Shown here: positions 56,815 to 64,000 of the stretch, one piece after another | How the letters are laid out: each line of letters opens with the position of its first letter | Position numbering within the stretch: position 1 is the stretch's first letter | Source: Flavobacteriales bacterium | GTDB lineage: Bacteria; Bacteroidota; Bacteroidia; Flavobacteriales_D; Sanyastnellaceae | NCBI GenBank assembly: GCA_029238785.1 | Contig: JAQWFN010000007.1 | Span: forward strand, 3,497 to 67,496 | Length of the DNA stretch: 64,000 nucleotides | Direction: 5' to 3' | Position numbers and translations under genes: made by a program | Notes under the pieces: model-generated | Database searches by the model: none | What the model saw: only the letters and a program-made list of their open reading frames with translations | What the model was told of the DNA's origin: nothing

Positions 56815-57393
56815 TTAGTTCGTTAATTGATCGATGAAATATTTCACTCGGTTAGACACAACGGTGTCTGGAGCAAACGGCAAGTATCGATCGTAATATT
56901 CAATTGCCTTGTTTGAATTACCCAACTCCTCATAGCTTTTACCAATGAAGAAAAGGGCATTCACATAATTCGTATCACTAGCGTAAGCCGTTTCAAAATG
57001 ACTTACCCCCTGCGCATACAAGCTATCTTGCATACTCATTTGTCCCAACTGCCAATGTGCTTCTGGCTGTTGTGGTTCTAAGTTCAACACCGTTTCAAAT
57101 CGATCTTTGGCTTTATCTGTTTGTCCAGATTGAAGCGAAAAAATCCCCAGCCATAAATGTGCTTCCACATTCGTGCTGTCTTTCTCAACAATAGAACGAA
57201 TTTTTAAAATTCCTTCCATTGGGTTTTGCCCCATCTGGACCATCTGAACGGCTTGCTCCAACTCAATGTCTTCCGTACCGATCTCCTCCACAGCCTCTAG
57301 CGCACTAGCTGGCTGTTTCGGTAAAAACAGAAAAATAAGCACTACCACCAAGGATAGTGCTATTAAAATGATTTGTTTCGTGCTGCGCTTCAT
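56815..57393 (-). CDS. Tetratricopeptide-repeat protein with an N-terminal membrane anchor
   Basis: 192 aa with a TM helix (IILIALSLVVVLIFLFL) and TPR-like helices (AHLWLGIFSLQSGQTDKA, ALFFIGKSYEELGNSNKA). Confidence 0.7.
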   Translation of the reverse strand: MKRSTKQIILIALSLVVVLIFLFLPKQPASALEAVEEIGTEDIELEQAVQMVQMGQNPMEGILKIRSIVEKDSTNVEAHLWLGIFSLQSGQTDKAKDRFETVLNLEPQQPEAHWQLGQMSMQDSLYAQGVSHFETAYASDTNYVNALFFIGKSYEELGNSNKAIEYYDRYLPFAPDTVVSNRVKYFIDQLTN

Positions 57394-57396
57394 GAA

Positions 57397-57687
57397 TTAC
57401 TGCACCTTCACCTTAGTCTTCACTCCTTCTACGAATGTTTTCGCAGGTTTGAATGAAGGAATATTGTGCGCAGGGATTTCAATCGTTGTGTTCTTGAGGA
57501 TGTTTCTTCCCGTTTTCTTCGCGCGTTCTTTAATCACGAAGCTACCAAATCCTCTCAAGTAAACATTCTTTCCTGACTCAAGTGAATCTTTCACTGACTT
57601 CATGAATGCTTCGATCGTGGTTTGAACATCTGTCTTTTCGATTCCTGTCTGCTCTGCAATATCGTTAACCAGATCCGCTTTTGTCAT
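57397..57687 (-). CDS. hup: HU-family DNA-binding protein
   Basis: 96 aa, MTKADLVNDIAEQTGI...LRGFGSF...R..RNP-like arm. Confidence 0.9.
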   Translation of the reverse strand: MTKADLVNDIAEQTGIEKTDVQTTIEAFMKSVKDSLESGKNVYLRGFGSFVIKERAKKTGRNILKNTTIEIPAHNIPSFKPAKTFVEGVKTKVKVQ

Positions 57688-57799
57688 GCCTTATTGTTTT
57701 AAAGTGCTTAGAATTTTTGAAATTTGAGTGCGCAAAGATACAGCTAATTAGACAAATAAGGAACACTGAAGTTCCATTTTTATCTTGCCAACTCACATA

Positions 57800-58855
57800 A
57801 TGACAGCCAATTCTCACAATTATTCTAAAATATTACTCGCTTGGTACGACCAAAACGGCAGAGATCTCCCTTGGCGAAACACGCGTGATCCTTATAAAAT
57901 CTGGCTCAGCGAAATCATCCTTCAGCAAACTAGAGTAGACCAAGGAATGGCGTATTATTTTGCCTTTACCGATCAATTCAAAACGGTAAAAGACCTCGCA
58001 AATGCGCCTCAAGAAGCCGTTTTGAAAACTTGGCAAGGCCTAGGATATTATTCCCGAGCGCGAAATCTTCATGCCACAGCACAAGAAATCGCCTTCAATC
58101 GAAATGGCGAATTCCCGAAAAGCGCAAAAGAACTAAAAGAACTTAAAGGAGTTGGCCCTTACACCTCAGCAGCAATCGCTTCAATTGCCTTTGGTGAAGT
58201 TATTCCTGTTGTTGATGGAAATGTCTATCGATGGATCACCCGCCTTTTTGGAATTGAATTGCCCATCGATCAAAAAGATGGACAAAAAGCGGTGCAAGAA
58301 ATTGTTGAAGCCATCATCCCCCACGATCGCCCAGCAGACTTTAACCAAGCCATGATGGACTTCGGTGCCACACTCTGCTCACAAAAAAAACCAAATTGCG
58401 AAGCGTGTCCGTTCAAACAATACTGTATCGCCACCGAAAATCAGCTTACCGACATCCTCCCAATCAAAGCCAAGAAAACCAAAGTCCAAACGGTTTATCT
58501 CAATTACTTCGTGTTGGAGCACAAGAAACAAATCATCATGAAGCAACGACCTGACTCCGGAATTTGGGCAGGATTGAACGATTTTCCCTTAATTGAAAGC
58601 GATCAGAAGATAGAAGAAACTCAGCTCATCGACCAGGCAGAAGCGAAGTTCATATTTAGTGAGGGGAAACTCCTTAGTGTATCGCCCCAAATGAAGCACC
58701 TTCTCTCACATCGTAAATTGTTGGCTCAGTTCTACTGGATCCAACTTCACACTCCTCCTGAATATCTGCCTGAAGATCACTATTGGTGCGCCATCGAAGA
58801 CCTTGACAAAAAGCCTTTACCTAAACTTATCGAAAACTACTGGAAAACAAGATAA
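57800..58855 (+). CDS. mutY: A/G-specific adenine DNA glycosylase
   Basis: [15 protein letters not shown], an HhH-GPD region ([12 protein letters not shown]), a 4Fe-4S cluster ([17 protein letters not shown]) and a NUDIX-like C-terminal domain are present. Confidence 0.9.
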   Translation: MTANSHNYSKILLAWYDQNGRDLPWRNTRDPYKIWLSEIILQQTRVDQGMAYYFAFTDQFKTVKDLANAPQEAVLKTWQGLGYYSRARNLHATAQEIAFNRNGEFPKSAKELKELKGVGPYTSAAIASIAFGEVIPVVDGNVYRWITRLFGIELPIDQKDGQKAVQEIVEAIIPHDRPADFNQAMMDFGATLCSQKKPNCEACPFKQYCIATENQLTDILPIKAKKTKVQTVYLNYFVLEHKKQIIMKQRPDSGIWAGLNDFPLIESDQKIEETQLIDQAEAKFIFSEGKLLSVSPQMKHLLSHRKLLAQFYWIQLHTPPEYLPEDHYWCAIEDLDKKPLPKLIENYWKTR

Positions 58856-58907
58856 TTCTCGATCTTTGCGCTTTTACAGCTCAAGCATTAGCACTATATT
58901 TACGATC

Positions 58908-59324
58908 ATGGCAGGCATTAACAAAGTAATACTTTTAGGAAACCTCGGTAAAGACCCAGAGGTACGCTATTTAGAAAATGGAACAGCAGTTTGCTCATTT
59001 CCCCTAGCAACTTCTGAAACCTACACCGATCGCAACAGTGGTGAGAAAAAAACTCAAACGGAATGGCACAATGTTGTTCTTTGGAGAAAATTAGCTGAGA
59101 TTGGTGAGAAATACCTAAAAAAAGGCTCTCAAGTTTATATCGAAGGCAAAATGAGAACCAGATCTTGGGAAGACCAAAGCGGTCAGAAAAAATACACCAC
59201 AGAAGTTATTGGAGACATTATGCAACTTCTCGGCCGTCCTAACGATCAAGGCTCTTCAGGCGAACAAAGAACCAGTACCGCACAAAATCAACAAGATCAA
59301 GATCATGGAGATCTTCCGTTCTAA
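58908..59324 (+). CDS. ssb: Single-stranded DNA-binding protein
   Basis: [22 protein letters not shown], an OB fold and an acidic tail ending in DLPF. The track start of 58803 overlaps mutY and is rejected. Confidence 0.95.
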   Translation: MAGINKVILLGNLGKDPEVRYLENGTAVCSFPLATSETYTDRNSGEKKTQTEWHNVVLWRKLAEIGEKYLKKGSQVYIEGKMRTRSWEDQSGQKKYTTEVIGDIMQLLGRPNDQGSSGEQRTSTAQNQQDQDHGDLPF

Positions 59325-59357
59325 AACATTCTTTTAAGTTGAACCAACATCATTGAT

Positions 59358-60698
59358 TTGGACCCCTCAGACACGATTCTTTTACTGCAATCTCCCTTTT
59401 TAGACCCGACATTTATTTTCCCAGCTTTGAGCATGCTCGTTTTGCTCGTTTGTTCTGCGCTCATCTCGGGTTCTGAAGTGGCTTTCTTCTCTTTAAAACC
59501 TTCGGAACTCGAAGAGATAAGAATGGCTCAAGACAAAGGCTCTGAGCGCATCATCCAACTTCTTGAAATCCCCGACAGAAGAACAGGCTCATCGAACTTA
59601 TTGGCCACCATACTGGTAATCAACAACTTCGTAAACATCATCATCATATTGTTGTCAACCTCGGTAGTTACCACACTTTTCCCCAAAGATGGATTAAACC
59701 CGATACTAGAGGCGGTGATTCACATTGCTGCAGTAACTTTCCTCATTGTTCTTTTTGGTGAAGTAATTCCCAAGGTTTACGCCACGAATTATGGACTTCA
59801 ATTAGCGAAATCAATGGCTGCTCCCATACAGGTTTCACAAAAAATATTCTGGATATTTTGGAAGCCCTTAGTAAGTATGGGAAGAGTTATTGACAATCGC
59901 TTTAACACCGGCGGAAGTTCTAGTATCGACATCAACACACTCAGCCACGCACTTGAACTCACAGATAGCGAAGACCGAACAGAAGAAGAAAAGAAAATAC
60001 TTGAGGGTATTGTGGCTTTTGGAAGTAAGGATGTCAAACAAATTATGACCTCCAGAATGGACATCGCTTGTTTTGGAGTTGATACAAGCTATAAAGAACT
60101 TCGAGTGAAAATTCTAGAATTAGGCTTCTCTCGAATCCCCGTTTTTAGAAACACCATTGACGAAGTTGCTGGTATCCTTTATATAAAAGACCTCTTACCT
60201 CACTTGAACAATCATGAATTTGAATGGAGCTCTTTAATTCGTCCACCTTTCTTTGTGCCTGAAAACAAGAAAATTGACGACCTCCTACGAGAGTTTCAAT
60301 CAAGAAAGAATCACATGGCAATCGTGGTAGACGAATATGGCGGAACCAGCGGACTAATTACTCTGGAGGATGTTATTGAAGAAATTGTAGGCGATATCAC
60401 CGATGAGTTTGACGATGACGAATTGCAGTATTCTCAAATTGACGAAAACAATTTCGTTTTCGAAGGAAAAACTGCATTAATCGATATTTACCGCATTCTA
60501 GATATTGACGGAGACAACTTTGAACAAGCCAAAGGTGAAAGCGATACCCTTGCCGGTTTTATCATTGAACAGGCTGGCAAAATACCCTTAAAAGGAGAAC
60601 GTATTCATTTCGAAGAATACACCTTCACGGTAGAAGCTGCGGATAAACGAAAAGTGAAAAGAATCAAGGTAACCATCGATAGCACTCATGAAGATTAA
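59358..60698 (+). CDS. gldE: Gliding motility-associated protein GldE (CNNM/DUF21 plus CBS pair plus CorC_HlyC)
   Basis: 446 aa with TlyC/CorC-like architecture, overlapping the following gldD-like gene as described for F. johnsoniae gldE-gldD. The start is uncertain; the track uses TTG. Confidence 0.8.
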   Translation: MDPSDTILLLQSPFLDPTFIFPALSMLVLLVCSALISGSEVAFFSLKPSELEEIRMAQDKGSERIIQLLEIPDRRTGSSNLLATILVINNFVNIIIILLSTSVVTTLFPKDGLNPILEAVIHIAAVTFLIVLFGEVIPKVYATNYGLQLAKSMAAPIQVSQKIFWIFWKPLVSMGRVIDNRFNTGGSSSIDINTLSHALELTDSEDRTEEEKKILEGIVAFGSKDVKQIMTSRMDIACFGVDTSYKELRVKILELGFSRIPVFRNTIDEVAGILYIKDLLPHLNNHEFEWSSLIRPPFFVPENKKIDDLLREFQSRKNHMAIVVDEYGGTSGLITLEDVIEEIVGDITDEFDDDELQYSQIDENNFVFEGKTALIDIYRILDIDGDNFEQAKGESDTLAGFIIEQAGKIPLKGERIHFEEYTFTVEAADKRKVKRIKVTIDSTHED

Positions 60699-61260
60699 TT
60701 ACTTGCTAGTAGTATTTATAGTGATTGTTTTTTCGGCCTGTAAAGAACCCTCAGTTCCCAGACCAAGAGGATTCTTTCGTATTGAACTTCCTGAAAAGGT
60801 TATGAGGAGAGATACACTTCCTTGCGGACCAAGTTTTGAATTGGCTCGACACTTATTTATCGAGAATTTTCGTGAGCGAATAAGCGATACGTGCTGGTTC
60901 AATTTATACAGCCCTAGGTATAAAGCTCGCGTACATTGCACCATGTTTCCGGTTGATGACAACCTCAATGAACTCATCGAAACTGCTTATCAATTTGCCT
61001 TCAAACATGAAGTAAAAGCAAAAGCTATAGGACGAAAGAGCTTCCAAAACAGCAGCAGAAACGCCTATGGACTTGTATATAATTTAGAAGGAAATGTAGC
61101 ATCTCCCATACAGTTCTACGTTACAGATAGTACACGCCATTTCCTTCGTGGGAGTTTGTACTTCATGAGCAAGCCCAACGAAGATAGTTTGGCACCGGTT
61201 AAAGCCTATTTCGAAGACGACATCGAAAAGCTCATGAATAGTATAGAATGGCCAAAATAA
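60688..61260 (+). CDS. gldD: Gliding motility lipoprotein GldD
   Basis: 190 aa with lipobox VFSAC. The size and the 11-nt overlap with gldE match the known gldE-gldD arrangement. Confidence 0.7.
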   Translation: MKINYLLVVFIVIVFSACKEPSVPRPRGFFRIELPEKVMRRDTLPCGPSFELARHLFIENFRERISDTCWFNLYSPRYKARVHCTMFPVDDNLNELIETAYQFAFKHEVKAKAIGRKSFQNSSRNAYGLVYNLEGNVASPIQFYVTDSTRHFLRGSLYFMSKPNEDSLAPVKAYFEDDIEKLMNSIEWPK

Positions 61261-61976
61261 AACAACTCATATTAGACCAGGGCAATACCCGCTGCAAAGG
61301 GGCTATTGCTATTGGAGACAAGTTGGAACGTTTGCCCAATGAGACAGATGTTAGCGATTATCTCAGAAAGTTAAATCTTGACGAATTCACATCCGTCATT
61401 ATTTCCTCTAGTGCTCACTTAGGGGCTGAAGCCTTAGTGGCACTTGAAAAGCACCCTAAATTTATCTTGCTTACAAGCGAAACAAAACTTCCTATAGAAA
61501 TCGATTACAATACACCTAAAACATTAGGGGCAGACAGAAGAGCAAATGCCTGCGGGCTCCAGCAACATCGTCCCGAAGGCAATAGTTTGGCTATAGATAT
61601 TGGAACTTGTATTACTTACGACCTGCTCATAGACGGAAAAACCTTTGTGGGTGGTTGCATTTCTCCAGGAGCGCAACTGCGAAATCAATCCATGAACAAC
61701 TACACCACTAATCTGCCCTTGGTTGATCTTAAAAAAAGCGCTGCTCTTCTTGGGAAAGACACTCTCGAAAGTTTACAAAGCGGAATTCTAAATGGAATGA
61801 ATGCTGAAATTCATGGCATGATAGCCCGTTTTCGATCAAAATATGCTCCGCTCGACGTTTTCATAACCGGTGGAGGCGCAGATCATTTTGATATGGCTTC
61901 AAAAAACTTCATTTTTGCGGACGCAAATTTAACCCTGCGCGGACTGCATTCAATTTTGCAACTTAATGAACAATAG
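61248..61976 (+). CDS. coaX: Type III pantothenate kinase
   Basis: 242 aa with LILDQGNTRCK, GADRRAN and IDIGTCITYD motifs. Confidence 0.9.
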   Translation: MAKIKQLILDQGNTRCKGAIAIGDKLERLPNETDVSDYLRKLNLDEFTSVIISSSAHLGAEALVALEKHPKFILLTSETKLPIEIDYNTPKTLGADRRANACGLQQHRPEGNSLAIDIGTCITYDLLIDGKTFVGGCISPGAQLRNQSMNNYTTNLPLVDLKKSAALLGKDTLESLQSGILNGMNAEIHGMIARFRSKYAPLDVFITGGGADHFDMASKNFIFADANLTLRGLHSILQLNEQ

Positions 61977-63375
61977 ATATCTTCTTCTTTCGCTATTCAT
62001 GCTGATTACAGCTCTTGTTCAGGGTCAATCTACCAGTATTTCTCCTTACTCTCAATTTGGAATTGGCGATTTGAATCGCATTGGCAATGCCTCAATAAGC
62101 GGTTTTGGTGGCATTACTTCGGTGTTTAACGACCCTTACAACATCAATCCAGGTAATCCAGCCTCATACGGACACCTCAACCAAACTACACTTCAAGTTG
62201 CTGCTCGAGCAAACTTTTTACAGCTCGACAATGGAAGTGCTACTCAAGAGTTGAATTTGTCGCACCTCAATCATGTTTACGTTTGCTTTAAGCCAGCCGG
62301 AGCACGATGGGGCTTAACTTTAGGCATCGCACCTTACAGTTCTACTGGTTACGAAAGCTCTATTTTAAGAAATCAGGAAATCGAAGGAAACACCGCTGAC
62401 ATTCGGGATAATTACAGCGGAAATGGCGGCATAACGCAAGGCTTTATTGGTTTTGGACGTCGCTTCGAAACGGCAAATTACATTCACTTCACAGACCCAT
62501 TCAACAACATCATTGATAGCCTTCGTTATTCGAAGCACTCTTTAGCTATTGGTGTTAATGGAAATTATTATTTCGGAGTCATTGAGGAAGAACGAAGTAT
62601 CGATTTTCAAGACCCTAACTTCTTGGACACAAGAATTACTTCCCGAAATAAAATGAAAAGCTTTGGCGCTGATCTTGGACTTCAGTACAGCTATATCTTT
62701 TCACAAAAGTACGATCAAGATAAAAAGCTAAAGGAGCGCTGGAGCATGACTGCTGGATTAAGTTATACTCCAGAAATGAGTTGGAGTACTTCATTAAAGG
62801 AATTGGGTGAAACAACGCAAGAATTCTCTTTGGTTTCTTTCCCTATTGACACCACGTACATTATCAACGGAACTGGAACAACCCTCATTCCTCAGCGCAT
62901 TACAGGAGGGCTTTCTATAAACTACCAAGGTAATAAAGGTCGCGAAATCTCACTCGCTGTTGAATACCGAATTCAGGAATGGAGCACCTCTGAAAGAACC
63001 ATCAATGGAGAGATATTCAATCCACAGCTAGCTGATTTCACTGAAAGTTCAATCGGTGTGCGCTTTGTACCTAAAAGCATTCAAGATGCCCAAAACATTT
63101 TTGGACGAGCTCATTATTACTTCGGTGTTCGAACAAGTGAAACCTATTTGCAGTTAGATGGATATCAATTGCAAGATGAAGCCTTCACATTCGCCATCAA
63201 CATCCCTATGCTGGCCTCGAAAAGTATCTCCCGATTTAATTTCGGCATGGAACTTGGACAAAGGGGTACAGTGGACAACAATCTGCTACAAGAAAATTAC
63301 CTGAACCTACAAATAGGAGTTTCGCTTTCACCTTACTTCAAGAATGCGTGGTTCAGACAAAGAAAATATGATTAA
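61966..63375 (+). CDS. Hypothetical outer-membrane beta-barrel protein
   Basis: 469 aa with a signal peptide ending in VQGQ followed by SPYSQFGIGDL. Amphipathic strands run throughout. I recognise no family. Confidence 0.55.
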   Translation: MNNRYLLLSLFMLITALVQGQSTSISPYSQFGIGDLNRIGNASISGFGGITSVFNDPYNINPGNPASYGHLNQTTLQVAARANFLQLDNGSATQELNLSHLNHVYVCFKPAGARWGLTLGIAPYSSTGYESSILRNQEIEGNTADIRDNYSGNGGITQGFIGFGRRFETANYIHFTDPFNNIIDSLRYSKHSLAIGVNGNYYFGVIEEERSIDFQDPNFLDTRITSRNKMKSFGADLGLQYSYIFSQKYDQDKKLKERWSMTAGLSYTPEMSWSTSLKELGETTQEFSLVSFPIDTTYIINGTGTTLIPQRITGGLSINYQGNKGREISLAVEYRIQEWSTSERTINGEIFNPQLADFTESSIGVRFVPKSIQDAQNIFGRAHYYFGVRTSETYLQLDGYQLQDEAFTFAINIPMLASKSISRFNFGMELGQRGTVDNNLLQENYLNLQIGVSLSPYFKNAWFRQRKYD

Positions 63376-63391
63376 TACAAAACCAATCGTG

Positions 63392-64000
63392 ATGAAACGT
63401 ATAACAGTCCTTCTCTTAATCCTTATTACCAGCGCTAGCTCTTTTGCTCAGGATGAAAAATATGGAGCAACAGAAGAGGAACAACTAATTTGTAAGGAAG
63501 CTTTGAGTGTTTACAAAAGTTTCAAAACTCAAAAGAACTACAAAGATGCATACCCAGCTTGGCAAGAAGCCTGTGAGGTTTGTCCTCCAAAAGTTTCTGA
63601 AATGCTCTACTCAGATGGTGCACGTTTCATTAAAGAAGAATTGAAAAAGGCAAAAGGTGATCGCGAAGCAGTACTTGCTGATTCTTTGATGGCGATCTAC
63701 GACAAGCGTATTGAGCTTTATGGTAGCACTTCAAAAAAACCAAACAACAGCTGTACAATTTTAGGTTATAAAGCGGGCGACATGTACCGTTACTTCCCAG
63801 ATCAAATTGCTGAAGTAAATGCCATGTTCAAACAGTCTATGGACTGCCTTGGAAATGAGACAGCGGCCAGCACTATTTCTGGCTACTACCTTACTTCATA
63901 CAAGCTCTTGAATGAATCAGAGGCTGAAGCAGCAGATGAAATTCGTGCTTCTATGCTTACTGAATACCTACAACTCCAAGAAATTGCGGATTACAACATC
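63392..64000 (+). CDS. Hypothetical secreted helical (TPR-like) protein, N-terminal part (continues past the right window edge)
   Basis: My own translation gives MKRITVLLLILITSASSFAQDEKYGATEEEQLICKEALSVYKSF.... The frame stays open to the window end at 64000. It is absent from the ORF track because it is truncated. Confidence 0.55.
   Translation, partial: MKRITVLLLILITSASSFAQDEKYGATEEEQLICKEALSVYKSFKTQKNYKDAYPAWQEACEVCPPKVSEMLYSDGARFIKEELKKAKGDREAVLADSLMAIYDKRIELYGSTSKKPNNSCTILGYKAGDMYRYFPDQIAEVNAMFKQSMDCLGNETAASTISGYYLTSYKLLNESEAEAADEIRASMLTEYLQLQEIADYNI

Noticed and set aside
1-64000. A search for CRISPR arrays, IS elements and transposases, integrases, phage genes, restriction-modification genes and known defence genes.
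   Set aside because: I found no regularly spaced direct repeats, terminal inverted repeats, DDE or tyrosine/serine recombinase motifs, or nuclease/helicase defence signatures other than the housekeeping recG, mutS, mutY, rnhB and rng.

Overview
This 64 kb window reads as a densely packed core-chromosome segment of a gliding Bacteroidota bacterium, probably Flavobacteriia-like. I cannot determine the family by eye. I support about 60 protein genes, one tRNA-Leu(TAG), one 30-codon ribosomal-protein-like ORF missing from the ORF track, and several hairpin plus T-run terminators. I saw no rRNA, CRISPR array, transposase, integrase, phage gene or recognisable defence system.

Housekeeping genes present are anmK (partial), an acyl-CoA dehydrogenase, recG, pdhA with an E2 acetyltransferase, cdd, ispF, murF, tyrS, rnhB, lpxD, efp, tig-clpP-clpX, mutS, ald, tsaE, rng, an HU protein, mutY, ssb and coaX. 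The window is rich in type IX secretion and gliding genes: porV-porU, a PorP/SprF-family gene, gldJ, a porX-like gene, and gldE-gldD.

The stretches not explained by textbook functions are:
- A translationally coupled VTC-domain plus DUF4956-like membrane pair (9683-11322).
- A 1204-aa secreted protein with three lamin-tail domains, twelve copies of a two-cysteine mini-repeat and a dockerin-like tail (27195-30809).
- A PorV/PorQ-like barrel coupled to a helix-hairpin-helix outer-membrane protein (39543-42468). It lies divergent from an ECF sigma factor and an anti-sigma-like gene split by one in-frame TAG (43148-44002).
- An 838-aa membrane-anchored beta-propeller-like protein (1726-4242).
- A canonical G-quadruplex motif in the recG/pdh intergenic region (6555-6577).

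All family assignments come from motif recognition by eye. No database search was possible, and none of the candidate systems is proven.
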